54,647 bases of DNA from Bacillaceae bacterium (GTDB lineage: Bacteria > Bacillota > Bacilli > Bacillales > Bacillaceae_C), in NCBI GenBank assembly GCA_036516555.1, contig DATBUB010000339.1, forward strand, positions 1-54,647, read 5' to 3'. Made by a program: the position numbers and the translations under genes. Shown piece after piece: positions 39,034-49,601 of the stretch (position 1 is the first letter of the stretch; each line of letters begins with the position of its first letter). Under the pieces are notes generated by a model. The model did not search any database and was not told the origin of the DNA. It saw nothing but the letters and a program-made list of their open reading frames with translations.

Positions 39034-39132
39034 TCCGTCGAGGTCTGGCTTATATTTGCCCGAATCCGTCGAACGTTTTATCAGGCTCACTCCATTAAAC
39101 TGACAAAAAATGAGAGAACCCCATCATATAAT
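39034..39132 (+). promoter_or_regulatory. spoIIE promoter region: 0A-like boxes plus -35-like/-10 elements with a 21-nt spacer
   Basis: CTGACA (39100-39105), 21 nt, TATAAT (39127-39132). Upstream TCCGTCGA occurs twice, 31 bp apart (39034-39041 and 39065-39072), and contains CGTCGAG/CGTCGAA (6/7 of the 0A box TGTCGAA). A 21-bp spacer with upstream 0A boxes is the arrangement I recall for B. subtilis spoIIE. Confidence 0.5.
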
Positions 39133-39167
39133 GGGGACAATTAATTTCTTGAGGGAGTGGAAGAAAA

Positions 39168-41648
39168 ATGGAAAGAGGAGAGCGTGCATTATTAGAGCCG
39201 GCTGGAAATGTGGATTTGCAGGAGACCAAATTGGAGCTTGCCAGCGGGATATGGAAGCTGCAGCAAAAGCTTGAGTATTTGTTTTTGCAAAAGGGAGTTG
39301 CCTTGTTTTTTGTTGCCTTCCTGCTTGGACGAGCCCTGATCCTGTCTCATCTGACGCCGTTTGCCCTGCCGTTTTTTGCAGCTGTCTACATGTCAAGGAG
39401 GGACAAGGCTCCGCTTGTCTTGATCAGCCTCCTTGGAGGGTCGCTCACGCTGTCGTTAGGCAATACGGCATTGACCTTTGTATCCTGTACGGTGTTTCTC
39501 ATCGCTTTTCGCATCCTGTCCTCCTTGCATAAAAACCCTGCAAAAGTGCTGCCCATCTATGTATTCACCGTCTTGCTGCTCTCAAAAATCGGTTTTACAT
39601 ATATTCAGAACGGGCAGAACATCAGCCAATATGACGGACTGATGGCAGGCGTTGAGGCGGGGCTTGCCCTTGTCTTAACATTTATATTTTTGCAGAGCAT
39701 CCCGTTTCTTGCTTATCATAAACGCCGAAGAACCCTCAAGACGGAAGAGGTGATCAGCCTGATCATCATGCTGGCCTCCGTGATGACAGGCACCATAGGA
39801 TGGTCGGTCTATAATCTTTCCATTGAACATATCCTCTCCAGGTATCTTGTCCTCCTCTTCGCATTCACGGCGGGTGCTGCAGTAGGTTCGACCGTTGGGG
39901 TGGTAACAGGACTTATTTTCAGCCTGGCCAATATATCCAGCTTCTATCAAATGAGCCTTCTTGCCTTCTCAGGATTGCTCGGAGGCCTCCTGAAGGAAGG
40001 TAAAAGGGCGGGAACGGCCATTGGGCTGCTGGTTGCCACACTGCTCATCGGCATGTACGGGGAAGCGAACGCCTCACTTGCCGTAACGGTCTATGAATCA
40101 TGTGCAGCCATCCTGCTTTTATTCCTTACGCCCCAGAGCCTGACCGATAAATTGGCCCGCCACATACCGGGAACTCCGCAGCATACCCAGGACCAGCAGC
40201 AATATGCCAGAAAAATCCGGGATATCACCGTTCGGCGGGTTGAACAATTTTCTTCTGTCTTCCAGGCTTTGTCCAACAGCTTCTCCCAAACTGAAAAGTG
40301 GAATGAACCGGATGATGAGGAACAGGAATTTGACCTTTTCCTCAGCCATGTAACAGAAAAGACATGCCAGGCCTGTTATCGGAAAAACCAATGCTGGGGA
40401 GACCAATTTGATAAAACATATGAACTGATGCGAACTGTTATGCATGACATGGACGAAACGACCGGGAATATTTCGGCACAGGTGAATCGTCAGCTCGACA
40501 AACATTGCAATAGGGGAAAGAAGGTGAAGGATGCCATTTATCAGGAATTGAATGTGGCTCAGGCAAATCAGAAGCTCAAAAAGCAAGTGCAGGAGAGCCG
40601 GAAGCTTGTGGCGGAACAGCTTCTTGGCGTGTCTGAGGTAATGGGCGATTTTGCGAGGGAGATCCAAAGAGAGCAGCAAAGCCATCATCGGCAGGAGGAG
40701 GTGCTCCTCGATTCCTTGCTGGAATACGGCATTCAGATTGAACAAGTGGAAATCTACAGTCTTGAACCGGGAAACATTGATATCGACATCCAGATACCGA
40801 ACTGCAAAGGCTATGGTGAATGTGAAAAAATCATCGCCCCGCTCTTATCTGATATTTTTAATGAAACGATCATTGTAGGTAACGAAGAATGTGCGGATTC
40901 GCCGGAGGGCTACTGCCACGTCACGCTTTGTTCGGCCAAGGCGTTTGTGGTTGAAACGGGAGTCGCGCATGCAGCAAAAGGAGGCGGTTTTCTTTCGGGA
41001 GACAGCTTTTCAACGATAGAGCTTGGCCCGGGGAAGTTTGCCGTGGCCATCAGCGACGGCATGGGCAATGGAGAACGGGCTCACCGCGAAAGCAATGAAA
41101 CCCTCAGCCTTCTGCAAAAAATCCTGCAATCGGGGATTGAGGAAAAAGTTGCCATCAAGTCCGTCAACTCGGTCTTGTCACTCAGGACGACCGAAGAGGT
41201 GTTTTCGACATTGGATCTGGCGATGATCGACCTTCAAACAGCAGAAGCCAAATTTTTGAAAATCGGTTCAATCCCCAGCTTCATCAAGCGGGGAAACAAA
41301 ATCATGAAGGTGGAAGCCGGAAATTTGCCGATGGGCATCCTGCAGGAATTTGATGTGGATGTCGTTTCAGAGCAGCTCCGTGCGGGCGACCTCGTGATTA
41401 TGATGAGCGACGGGGTTTTTGAAGGGCCTTTGCATGTGGAGAATTATGAGCTGTGGATGAAACGGAAACTGCGCGAAATTGAAACCGACGAACCGCAGGA
41501 GATTGCAGATCTGGTAATGGAGGAGGTGATCCGCACGCGTTCAGGGGTCATTGCGGATGACATGACGATCGCCGTAGCCAGAATCCGCCACAATACACCT
41601 AAGTGGGCGGCTATTCCGGTGCGAAAAAGAAAAAAGAAGATCTCCTAG
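39168..41648 (+). CDS. spoIIE: stage II sporulation protein E (membrane PP2C phosphatase)
   Basis: 826 aa. The multi-TM N-terminal third carries ...LLGRALILSHLTPFALPFFAAV... The C-terminal PP2C domain carries GDSF...AISDGMGNGERA...MMSDGV...DDMT. Confidence 0.96.
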   Translation: MERGERALLEPAGNVDLQETKLELASGIWKLQQKLEYLFLQKGVALFFVAFLLGRALILSHLTPFALPFFAAVYMSRRDKAPLVLISLLGGSLTLSLGNTALTFVSCTVFLIAFRILSSLHKNPAKVLPIYVFTVLLLSKIGFTYIQNGQNISQYDGLMAGVEAGLALVLTFIFLQSIPFLAYHKRRRTLKTEEVISLIIMLASVMTGTIGWSVYNLSIEHILSRYLVLLFAFTAGAAVGSTVGVVTGLIFSLANISSFYQMSLLAFSGLLGGLLKEGKRAGTAIGLLVATLLIGMYGEANASLAVTVYESCAAILLLFLTPQSLTDKLARHIPGTPQHTQDQQQYARKIRDITVRRVEQFSSVFQALSNSFSQTEKWNEPDDEEQEFDLFLSHVTEKTCQACYRKNQCWGDQFDKTYELMRTVMHDMDETTGNISAQVNRQLDKHCNRGKKVKDAIYQELNVAQANQKLKKQVQESRKLVAEQLLGVSEVMGDFAREIQREQQSHHRQEEVLLDSLLEYGIQIEQVEIYSLEPGNIDIDIQIPNCKGYGECEKIIAPLLSDIFNETIIVGNEECADSPEGYCHVTLCSAKAFVVETGVAHAAKGGGFLSGDSFSTIELGPGKFAVAISDGMGNGERAHRESNETLSLLQKILQSGIEEKVAIKSVNSVLSLRTTEEVFSTLDLAMIDLQTAEAKFLKIGSIPSFIKRGNKIMKVEAGNLPMGILQEFDVDVVSEQLRAGDLVIMMSDGVFEGPLHVENYELWMKRKLREIETDEPQEIADLVMEEVIRTRSGVIADDMTIAVARIRHNTPKWAAIPVRKRKKKIS

Positions 41649-41756
41649 TACAATAGTATAAAAACCCACCGTTCCGGCGAGGATGATAGCAATGTAAAGG
41701 CTGGGCCCCAAAGGGATCTCTCTTAACGGGCAAGCCGGAATAGGAGGGGAAAGACA

Positions 41757-42494
41757 ATGAAAAAAGGCAGTGTAAAGCAGATCTTGCTGATTACGGACGG
41801 GTGCTCCAACCAGGGGGAAGACCCCGTGGCCATGGCGGCATTGGCAAAGGAGCAGGGCATAGCGGTCAATGTCATTGGTGTGGTGGAGAACGATACCATT
41901 GATGAAAATGGATTGAAAGAAATTGAAGGCATCGCTTTATCCGGAGGCGGAATCAGCCAGGTGGTCTATTCTGAAACCTTGTCCCAGACGGTTCAAATGG
42001 TGACGAGGAAAGCGATGACCCAGACACTTCAAGGGGTGGTGAACCGGGAGCTCAGGCAAATACTCGGGAGCAGTGCATCTTTGGAGGAACTTCCCCCCGA
42101 TAAGCGCGGGGAAGTCATGGAGGTGGTGGACGAGCTTGGAGAAACAGCAGATGTAGAGGTGCTTGTACTGGTGGATACGAGCGCCAGCATGAAGCACAAG
42201 CTGCCGGCTGTAAAAGAAGCTTTGCTGGATCTATCTCTGAGCTTGAATGCCCGCATCGGAAATAATCGCTTTTCTGTTTGGGTATTTCCCGGGAAAAGAA
42301 AAGATGTGGAGCAAGTCCTGGATTGGACACCCAATCTGCAGCTGCTGACCAGCATTTTTCCAAAACTGACGGTTGGAGGGATTACGCCTACAGGACCGGC
42401 AATACGGGAAGCAATGGGGCACTTTGGGAAAAAGCGCTCTTTGAGGAGGCTTATTTCGGGAGATGACGAGACATTCATCGAAGAATCCATGTAA
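41757..42494 (+). CDS. yabS: von Willebrand factor A domain protein YabS
   Basis: 245 aa with two vWA-like segments (ILLITDGCSN; VLVLVDTSASM). It sits immediately upstream of and overlapping the yabT kinase gene, as in B. subtilis. Confidence 0.85.
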   Translation: MKKGSVKQILLITDGCSNQGEDPVAMAALAKEQGIAVNVIGVVENDTIDENGLKEIEGIALSGGGISQVVYSETLSQTVQMVTRKAMTQTLQGVVNRELRQILGSSASLEELPPDKRGEVMEVVDELGETADVEVLVLVDTSASMKHKLPAVKEALLDLSLSLNARIGNNRFSVWVFPGKRKDVEQVLDWTPNLQLLTSIFPKLTVGGITPTGPAIREAMGHFGKKRSLRRLISGDDETFIEESM

Positions 42495-43452
42495 GTTTCC
42501 TCCCGGCACCATTATTACGGGAAAATGGCACAGACAGCAGTATGTCCTTTTAAAGGAACTGGGAACCGGGGCGAACGGTACTGTCTACCTCGTAAAGGGC
42601 CGGCAAGGTCATGCGGCGCTTAAAATGAGTCCTGACAGCGTTACGATTACATCAGAGGCAAATGTTCTGAAGGCATTCGCAAAGGTCCAGGGGTCTGTCC
42701 TTGGGCCTTCTTTGATTGAGGTGGATGACTGGGCCATAAAAGGGCACACCATCCCGTTTTATGTCATGGAATATATCGAGGGCCCGGATTTGTTGTCTTT
42801 TATAAAGGTGAAAGGGCCATCATGGGCAGGAATCATGATGATCCAGCTCCTGGATGATTTGGACAAGCTCCACGAAAAGGGATGGATATTTGGCGATCTG
42901 AAGCCGGAAAACCTCATTGTTGCAGGTCCGCCGCCCAGAATCCGATGCATTGATGTAGGAGGCACCACAATGGAGGGGAGGGCCATTAAGGAGTTCACGG
43001 AATTTTTTGACCGGGGTTACTGGGGTATGGGAACAAGAAAAGCGGAGCCGTCCTATGACTTGTTTGCAGCAGCCATGGTCATGATCAACATGCATTATCC
43101 TGCCCGGTTTGCGAAAAACGGCAGCGGGTATAGGCAGTTAACGGATTGCATCGAGGCAAAGAGCGGGCTGGTTCCCTACGGAAATGTTCTCGCAAAAGCC
43201 TTAAAAGGTGAGTATTCTTCAGCCCGTAACATGAGAACAGACATGATGGCAGTGCTGAATGCTCCTGCACGAACGGAAAGCAGACAAAAGCGCCGGTCTG
43301 CAAAGAGGCATGCGCCAGCTCCTTTGCCGGTGCATTCAAGGAGTACAGGGAAGAGGCAGGGAAAGAAGTCAGGATCCTTCTTTGAGACAAGCGCTATCGT
43401 CCTTTTGACCGCCATCCTGTATGCCGCCTACATGTATGGATATTTGCTTTGA
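42463..43452 (+). CDS. yabT: Ser/Thr protein kinase YabT (C-terminal TM anchor)
   Basis: LGTGANGTVYLV...ALKM, HEKGWIFGDLKPENLIV, IDVGGTT..GRAIKEFTEFFDRGYWG..TRKAEPSYDLFA parallels B. subtilis YabT. There is a 32-nt overlap with yabS. Confidence 0.92.
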   Translation: MTRHSSKNPCKFPPGTIITGKWHRQQYVLLKELGTGANGTVYLVKGRQGHAALKMSPDSVTITSEANVLKAFAKVQGSVLGPSLIEVDDWAIKGHTIPFYVMEYIEGPDLLSFIKVKGPSWAGIMMIQLLDDLDKLHEKGWIFGDLKPENLIVAGPPPRIRCIDVGGTTMEGRAIKEFTEFFDRGYWGMGTRKAEPSYDLFAAAMVMINMHYPARFAKNGSGYRQLTDCIEAKSGLVPYGNVLAKALKGEYSSARNMRTDMMAVLNAPARTESRQKRRSAKRHAPAPLPVHSRSTGKRQGKKSGSFFETSAIVLLTAILYAAYMYGYLL

Positions 43453-43540
43453 CAGCAAGACGCTATATGGTTTGCCTGCAGCATGTTACACTGGGTTAAA
43501 AGGCTTTAGCGCCTTTCAAGCCGGAAAAGGTAGGATTGCC

Positions 43541-44953
43541 ATGTTGGAATTTGAAATAAAAACAGCAGCTTTCATCAAAAAACATTCCTTGCTGGAAAAG
43601 GGGGACTTTGTCCTGGCAGCCGTGTCCGGCGGCCCTGATTCATTGGCCTTGCTTCACTTTTTGGCGAAGCATAAAGGTGAATTCGGCATCACGGTCGGAG
43701 CGCTTCATGTTGATCATATGCTAAGGGGAGAGGAGTCCCTCGAGGATCTAAGGTTTGTGAGGGCTTTTTGCGAAGAACTCGGGTTGATATTCAGGTCTGC
43801 TTCCATTGATATCCGTGAAAAGATGGAGAGGGATCAAAAAGGGATGCAGGAAACCGCCCGTACATACCGATATGCCTTTTTCAAAGAGGCTATGAAAGAA
43901 CTGGGGGCGAATAAGCTTGCGTCTGGACACCACGGCGACGACCAGGTGGAGACCGTGCTGATGCGTCTCACGAGGGGAAGCAGCGGAAAGGCAAGGGCGG
44001 GCATCCAAATCAAACGTCCATTTGGCAGTGGAATGCTGATCCGTCCCATGCTCGGAGTGTCCAGGGAAGAAATCATGGAATATTGTGTGCATTATCAGCT
44101 TGAGCCGAGGATGGACCCGAGCAACGATAAGCCTGATTATACGAGGAATCGCTTCAGGCTGGAGGTTCTTCCGTTCTTGAAGCGGGAGAATGCGAATGTG
44201 CATGAACATGTTCAGCGATTCAGCGAGGAATGGAGCGAGGATGAGAAGTTTCTTCATACTTTGGCGGTAAATGTGATGGACCGATTTTGCCGCTTTTGCG
44301 AAAACGAAATCATACTGGATATTCCTCGCTTTGAGACAGTGCCTTTGCCTTTACAAAGGCGGGGGATTCATCTAATATTAAACTATCTTTATCAGCGGCC
44401 GGTATCTGATTTGGCCGCGCTGCATACAGATATGATCATCAAGCTTATCAGGGGTGAAAAGCCATCCGGGAAACTGGATTTGCCCGAGGGGCTCAAGGCT
44501 GTACGTTCCTACAATTCGTGTATATTTACCTTTTCCGTCCCAGGAGGGGATATGGAATACCGCCACGAACTGGAACCCGGCGGACAAGTTCAACTTCCGA
44601 ACGGAAAAAGTCTGTTTTTTGCCATGGGGCAGAGCCAAGCCTGGACGGACGGGGAGGATGTAATCGTCCTGAAACAGGCGGATATACGGCTTCCGCTCAT
44701 CGTCAGGACCCGGAAGCCCGGTGACCGCATGAGCATAAAAGGAATGAACGGGACCAAAAAAGTAAAGGATATCTTTATAGATGCTAAAATTCCTTTGCAT
44801 GAAAGAGATGTCTGGCCAATTGTAACGGATTGGACAGGAACCATCCTCTGGATTCCCGGCTTGAGAAAATCCTGCTTTGATACTCCTCCGACAGCAGGAC
44901 AGGATTATTACTATTTGCGTTACAGCAACCAAACATCGCCTGGGGGGCCATAA
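43541..44953 (+). CDS. tilS: tRNA(Ile)-lysidine synthase
   Basis: PP-loop motif [12 protein letters not shown]. The ATG at 43541 follows AAAGGTAGG. The ORF is open from 43421. Confidence 0.94.
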   Translation: MLEFEIKTAAFIKKHSLLEKGDFVLAAVSGGPDSLALLHFLAKHKGEFGITVGALHVDHMLRGEESLEDLRFVRAFCEELGLIFRSASIDIREKMERDQKGMQETARTYRYAFFKEAMKELGANKLASGHHGDDQVETVLMRLTRGSSGKARAGIQIKRPFGSGMLIRPMLGVSREEIMEYCVHYQLEPRMDPSNDKPDYTRNRFRLEVLPFLKRENANVHEHVQRFSEEWSEDEKFLHTLAVNVMDRFCRFCENEIILDIPRFETVPLPLQRRGIHLILNYLYQRPVSDLAALHTDMIIKLIRGEKPSGKLDLPEGLKAVRSYNSCIFTFSVPGGDMEYRHELEPGGQVQLPNGKSLFFAMGQSQAWTDGEDVIVLKQADIRLPLIVRTRKPGDRMSIKGMNGTKKVKDIFIDAKIPLHERDVWPIVTDWTGTILWIPGLRKSCFDTPPTAGQDYYYLRYSNQTSPGGP

Positions 44954-44958
44954 GTTCA

Positions 44959-45510
44959 ATGAAACAGGATATTGAAAAAATATTGGTGACAGAAGAAGAA
45001 ATCAATGAGAAGGTCCAGGAACTTGGAGATCGGCTGACGGAGGAATACAAAGACCGATTTCCGCTGGCCATCGGTATACTGAAAGGTGCCATGCCGTTTA
45101 TGTCAGACCTCCTCAAACGAATTGATACATATTTGGAAATGGATTTTATGGATGTGTCAAGCTATGGAAGGTCCACCGTTTCCTCCGGAGAAGTCAAAAT
45201 CCTGAAGGATTTGAATACGCCGGTTGAAGGAAGGGATATCCTCATTGTGGAGGACATCATCGACAGCGGTGTAACGCTCAGCTATCTGGTGGAATTATTC
45301 CGCTACCGCAAGGCGAAATCCATCAAAATTGTAACGCTCTTGGATAAACCGACCGGCAGGAAGGCGAACATCCAGGCCGATTACGTCGGTTTTAGCGTCC
45401 CGGATGCATTCGTTGTCGGATACGGCCTCGACTATGCTGAAAAGTACCGGAACCTCCCTTACATCGGCATTTTGAAACCGGAAGTGTACAGCCAAAGTGA
45501 AGAGGAATAA
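44959..45510 (+). CDS. hprT: hypoxanthine-guanine phosphoribosyltransferase
   Basis: PRPP-binding motif [14 protein letters not shown]. 183 aa. Syntenic with tilS and ftsH. Confidence 0.95.
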   Translation: MKQDIEKILVTEEEINEKVQELGDRLTEEYKDRFPLAIGILKGAMPFMSDLLKRIDTYLEMDFMDVSSYGRSTVSSGEVKILKDLNTPVEGRDILIVEDIIDSGVTLSYLVELFRYRKAKSIKIVTLLDKPTGRKANIQADYVGFSVPDAFVVGYGLDYAEKYRNLPYIGILKPEVYSQSEEE

Positions 45511-45604
45511 AGGAGCCTTGGAACCAAAGGCGAAAAGTTGTAAAGGCGGAAATTTCTATGATACTATTGAATATAGTTTTTTTTACCGTGGGAGGAGGTA
45601 AGGG

Positions 45605-47623
45605 ATGAACCGGATCTTTAGAAATACAATCTTCTATTTACTCATTTTTCTCGTTCTCATTGGGATTGTCAGCTGGTTTAACAACAGCAATGAGACAACG
45701 GAAAATTTAACGTACAATGAATTTGTCACCCATCTGGAAAATGGTGACGTCGAAGAGTTTACAATGCAGCCTGAACGAGGCGTTTACGAAATTAGAGGAA
45801 AGCTCCAAGGAGCTGAGGAAGGAAAGCAATTTCTGACCTATGTCATGAATAGTCCCGCACTGCTGGACCGCATTGATGCCGCTCCGTCCAAGGTGAATGT
45901 CATGCCGGCCAAGGAAACAAGCGGCTGGGTATCTTTCTTCACCACGATCATTCCCTTCATCATCATCTTTATCTTGTTCTTTTTCCTGCTGAACCAGGCG
46001 CAAGGCGGAGGAAGCCGGGTGATGAACTTCGGGAAAAGCAAGGCAAAGCTGTACAGTGAAGAAAAGAAAAAAGTCCGCTTCAAGGATGTTGCCGGGGCGG
46101 ACGAAGAGAAGCAGGAGCTTGTTGAGGTCGTTGAATTCCTCAAAGACCCAAGGAAATTTTCCGAGCTTGGCGCCCGTATACCAAAAGGGGTCCTGCTTGT
46201 AGGGCCTCCGGGAACAGGTAAAACGCTCCTTGCGCGTGCTGTGGCGGGTGAAGCCGGTGTTCCGTTCTTCTCCATCAGCGGTTCCGACTTTGTTGAAATG
46301 TTTGTCGGGGTCGGTGCTTCCCGTGTGCGTGACCTGTTTGAAAATGCGAAAAAGAATGCCCCATGTATTATTTTTATAGACGAGATTGACGCTGTTGGAC
46401 GCCAGCGTGGCGCCGGACTTGGCGGGGGCCACGATGAGCGTGAACAGACGCTGAATCAATTGCTTGTTGAAATGGACGGGTTCGGGGCGAATGAAGGAAT
46501 CATCATCATCGCCGCTACGAACCGCCCGGATATTCTTGACCCTGCACTCCTGCGTCCGGGACGTTTTGACCGCCAGATCACGGTGGACCGTCCGGATGTA
46601 AAAGGACGCGAAGCAGTGCTGAAAGTCCATGCGCGCAACAAGCCGCTGGATGATTCCGTTGACCTGAAAGCCATTGCCATGAGGACACCGGGCTTCTCGG
46701 GTGCAGATCTTGAGAACCTCCTGAATGAAGCAGCCCTGGTGGCGGCCAGACAGGACAAGAAAAAGATCGATATGACCGATGTAGACGAAGCGACGGACAG
46801 GGTTATTGCCGGACCGGCAAAGAAAAGCCGTGTCATCTCCGAAAAAGAACGCAATATTGTTGCCTATCATGAAGGGGGCCATACCGTCATCGGGCTGGTG
46901 CTGGATGAGGCCGATGTGGTCCACAAAGTGACAATTGTCCCTCGGGGACAGGCTGGCGGCTATGCCGTCATGCTTCCGAAAGAGGACCGTTACTTCATGA
47001 CGAAGCCTGAGCTCCTCGATAAAATAACGGGTCTCCTCGGCGGCCGCGTCGCTGAAGAAATTGTGTTCGGCGAAGTGTCTACAGGTGCCCATAATGACTT
47101 CCAGCGTGCGACCGGCATTGCACGCCGAATGGTGACTGAATTCGGTATGAGCGAAAAGCTTGGACCGCTTCAATTCGGCCAGGCTCAGGGCGGACAGGTA
47201 TTCCTTGGCCGCGACCTTCATAACGAGCAAAACTATTCGGATGCCATCGCCTACGAAATTGACCTTGAGATCCAACGGATCATCAAGGAAAGCTATGAGC
47301 GCGCGAGAACAATCTTGTCCGAGAACCGTGACAAGCTTGAGCTTATCGCCCAAACGCTCCTTAAAGTGGAAACGCTGGATGCCGAGCAGATCAAGAGCCT
47401 GTTCGAAACGGGCAAGCTGCCTGACCGTCCCGGGGCAGATCCGATTGTGCCGGAAGATTCTCCGGAACCAAGGGTCACGATCCAGCCCAAAGAGGACGCC
47501 ACTGACGATCTGGCCATTGATGAAAATCGTCCAGACGATCTCTCAGTCCGTCCAGAAAAGTTTGGTCCGTCCCAACCGGCAGACAGCCAGGCTGACCAGA
47601 ACGATAACGAGCGAAAAGAATAA
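45605..47623 (+). CDS. ftsH: ATP-dependent zinc metalloprotease FtsH
   Basis: Walker A GPPGTGKT, Walker [12 protein letters not shown] region, zinc motif HEGGH, two N-terminal TM helices. 672 aa. Confidence 0.97.
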   Translation: MNRIFRNTIFYLLIFLVLIGIVSWFNNSNETTENLTYNEFVTHLENGDVEEFTMQPERGVYEIRGKLQGAEEGKQFLTYVMNSPALLDRIDAAPSKVNVMPAKETSGWVSFFTTIIPFIIIFILFFFLLNQAQGGGSRVMNFGKSKAKLYSEEKKKVRFKDVAGADEEKQELVEVVEFLKDPRKFSELGARIPKGVLLVGPPGTGKTLLARAVAGEAGVPFFSISGSDFVEMFVGVGASRVRDLFENAKKNAPCIIFIDEIDAVGRQRGAGLGGGHDEREQTLNQLLVEMDGFGANEGIIIIAATNRPDILDPALLRPGRFDRQITVDRPDVKGREAVLKVHARNKPLDDSVDLKAIAMRTPGFSGADLENLLNEAALVAARQDKKKIDMTDVDEATDRVIAGPAKKSRVISEKERNIVAYHEGGHTVIGLVLDEADVVHKVTIVPRGQAGGYAVMLPKEDRYFMTKPELLDKITGLLGGRVAEEIVFGEVSTGAHNDFQRATGIARRMVTEFGMSEKLGPLQFGQAQGGQVFLGRDLHNEQNYSDAIAYEIDLEIQRIIKESYERARTILSENRDKLELIAQTLLKVETLDAEQIKSLFETGKLPDRPGADPIVPEDSPEPRVTIQPKEDATDDLAIDENRPDDLSVRPEKFGPSQPADSQADQNDNERKE

Positions 47624-47637
47624 CCACTCAATTTACA

Positions 47638-47667
47638 AACACCGCCCGATCAGGGCGGTGTTTTTTT
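47638..47667 (+). terminator. rho-independent terminator after ftsH
   Basis: Perfect 10-bp stem aacaccgccc / gggcggtgtt, followed by a T-run. Confidence 0.88.
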
Positions 47668-47685
47668 CTGAAGGGCCCATATGCA

Positions 47686-47713
47686 TTTACATCAAACGGA
47701 ATTATGGTATGAT
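47686..47713 (+). promoter_or_regulatory. sigma-A promoter of coaX-hslO
   Basis: TTTACA (47686-47691), 16 nt, TGgTATGAT extended -10 (47705-47713). Confidence 0.5.
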
Positions 47714-47754
47714 GTTTGGAGTAAAAAAAGTCTTTCATAAAAGTGGTGAGAGTA

Positions 47755-48525
47755 TTGATCTTTGTTTTAGACGTAGGAAATACGAATATCGTTCTTGGAG
47801 TATATGACGGTGAAAAGCTGAAATTTCACTGGCGGATGGAAACTAGCAGGAGTAAAACGGAAGACGAGTACGGGATGCTGATTAAGGCTTTATTTGAGCA
47901 TGTTGGCCTCCGTTTTGAACATATAAATGGGATCATCATTTCTTCTGTGGTACCGCCCATCATGTTTACATTGGAGAGAATGTGCAAGAAATATTTCCAG
48001 GAAAAGCCGCTTATCGTAGGACCAGGGATCAAAACCGGCCTTAACATTAAATATGAAAATCCAAGGGAAGTCGGCGCTGACCGGATTGTCAACGCGGTAG
48101 CAGGAATCCATGAATACGGCAGCCCTTTGATCATAGTGGACTTTGGAACAGCTACAACTTTTTGTTATATCAATGAAAAAGCAGAATATATGGGCGGCGT
48201 GATCGCCCCGGGAATCGGCATTTCCACGGAGGCGCTTTACTCCAAGGCGGCCAAGCTTCCAAGGATTGAAATCACGCACGTGGACGACATTATCGGTAAA
48301 AATACCGTTGCTGCCATGCAGGCAGGGATTTTATTTGGTTTCGTAGGCCAGGTAGAGGGTATTGTGAAACGGATAAAAGAGAAGAGTAAAGAGGAGCCGA
48401 CTGTAATAGCGACGGGAGGACTGGCGAATTTAATCGCTACCGAAACCAGCATGATTGAAATCGTAGACCAGGACTTGACGCTGAAAGGCCTCCAGCTCAT
48501 TTATAAAAGAAATGCTTCTGAATGA
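47755..48525 (+). CDS. coaX: type III pantothenate kinase
   Basis: (L)[16 protein letters not shown]...[17 protein letters not shown] parallels B. subtilis CoaX MLLVIDVGNTNTVLGVY. Start candidates are GTG 47743/47746 and TTG 47755. Confidence 0.93.
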   Translation: MIFVLDVGNTNIVLGVYDGEKLKFHWRMETSRSKTEDEYGMLIKALFEHVGLRFEHINGIIISSVVPPIMFTLERMCKKYFQEKPLIVGPGIKTGLNIKYENPREVGADRIVNAVAGIHEYGSPLIIVDFGTATTFCYINEKAEYMGGVIAPGIGISTEALYSKAAKLPRIEITHVDDIIGKNTVAAMQAGILFGFVGQVEGIVKRIKEKSKEEPTVIATGGLANLIATETSMIEIVDQDLTLKGLQLIYKRNASE

Positions 48526-48539
48526 AAGGTGGCTTGAAT

Positions 48540-49421
48540 ATGAGCGATTATCTAGTGAAGGCATTGGCATTTAACGGGCAGGTTCGTGCCTATGCTGTGA
48601 GGAGTACGGAAACTGTCAGCGAGGCACAGCGCCGGCACGGCACATGGCGGACTGCATCCGCTGCGCTCGGCAGGACGATGACGGCCGGCGTCATGATGGG
48701 AGCCATGCTGAAAGGTGAAGAGAAAATCACGATTAAGGTAGAGGGGGACGGACCTATCGGCCTGATCCTGGTAGATACGGACGCGAAAGGATCCGTGCGC
48801 GGGTATGTCACGAACCCCCAAATTGATTTTGAGTCAAACGATCAAGGAAAGCTGGATGTAAGAAAAGCTGTCGGAACAAGCGGAACGCTAACAGTTGTAA
48901 AGGATGTAGGTTTGCGCGACCACTTTTCCGGGCAGGTACCGCTCGTCTCCGGTGAGCTTGGTGAAGACTTTACGTATTACTTTGCTGTCTCGGAGCAGAC
49001 CCCGGCCTCTGTCGGCGTCGGCGTTCTTGTAAACCCCGACGATACCATCTTGGCAGCGGGGGGCTTTATCCTCCAATTATTGCCGGGAACCGATGAAGAG
49101 GTGATCGATGAGATTGAAGCGAGGCTCCAGGCTTCACCTCCTATCTCAGCCCTGATCAAGGATGGCCTTACTCCAGAAGAGATACTGGTCAGGCTGCTCG
49201 GGGAGGAGAATGTAAAAATTCTGGACCAAATGCCGATTCAATTCAAATGCACTTGCTCAAAAGAGCGTTTCGGCCGTGCGATCATCAGCCTGGGCAAAAA
49301 GGAAATTCAAGACATGATTGATGAGGACGGGAAGGCAGATGCCCAATGCCATTTCTGCAATGAATCGTATCATTTTACAAAAGAAGAACTGGAAGGGCTT
49401 CTTGATGAAGCCACACGATAA
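48540..49421 (+). CDS. hslO: redox-regulated chaperone Hsp33
   Basis: [20 protein letters not shown]... and the C-terminal zinc centre CTCS...CHFC. The ATG at 48540 follows AAAGGTGG. Confidence 0.95.
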   Translation: MSDYLVKALAFNGQVRAYAVRSTETVSEAQRRHGTWRTASAALGRTMTAGVMMGAMLKGEEKITIKVEGDGPIGLILVDTDAKGSVRGYVTNPQIDFESNDQGKLDVRKAVGTSGTLTVVKDVGLRDHFSGQVPLVSGELGEDFTYYFAVSEQTPASVGVGVLVNPDDTILAAGGFILQLLPGTDEEVIDEIEARLQASPPISALIKDGLTPEEILVRLLGEENVKILDQMPIQFKCTCSKERFGRAIISLGKKEIQDMIDEDGKADAQCHFCNESYHFTKEELEGLLDEATR

Positions 49422-49426
49422 AATAT

Positions 49427-49462
49427 AGGAAGATTGCCTTTTTGGCGGTCTTCCTTTTATAT
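49427..49462 (+). terminator. rho-independent terminator after hslO
   Basis: Stem aggaagattgcc / ggcggtcttcct (two G:T pairs), followed by TTTTAT. Confidence 0.6.
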
Positions 49463-49528
49463 TTTGCCCTGAAAGGTTTCTTAAAATGGATTAAGGAAAA
49501 TACTTATATAGGGATGAAGCGTTCGCTG

Positions 49529-49558
49529 TTGACACAGCAAACGTTGGCGTGGTAGTTT
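49529..49558 (+). promoter_or_regulatory. possible sigma-A promoter of cysK
   Basis: TTGACA (49529-49534), 18 nt, TGgTAGTTT (49550-49558). The -10 hexamer is weak. Confidence 0.4.
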
Positions 49559-49562
49559 TTTA

Positions 49563-49589
49563 TTAAACCAATAAAAATACTCGGAATTT
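49563..49589 (+). promoter_or_regulatory. CymR-box-like operator upstream of cysK
   Basis: TTAAACCAATAAAAATACTCGGAATTT matches most constrained positions of the CymR consensus as I recall it (TAAWNCN2ANTWNAN3ATMGGAATTW). It lies between the putative promoter and the RBS. Confidence 0.45.
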
Positions 49590-49601
49590 GAGGTGGAGAA
49601 A

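Noticed and set aside
38845-39144. 99-aa plus-strand ORF just upstream of spoIIE.
   Set aside because: It has no convincing RBS and an odd composition. It runs through the spoIIE 0A boxes and the -35/-10 elements, so it is most likely non-coding promoter DNA.
45707-47353. 548-aa minus-strand ORF.
   Set aside because: It lies entirely antisense to ftsH. Its Cys/His/Phe/Arg-rich composition is typical of antisense frames, and it has no RBS and no recognisable domain.
47160-47807. 215-aa plus-strand ORF in an alternative frame over the ftsH 3' end, the terminator and the coaX start.
   Set aside because: It reads through a strong terminator and a promoter. The product is Arg/Ser-rich, which is an out-of-frame artefact.
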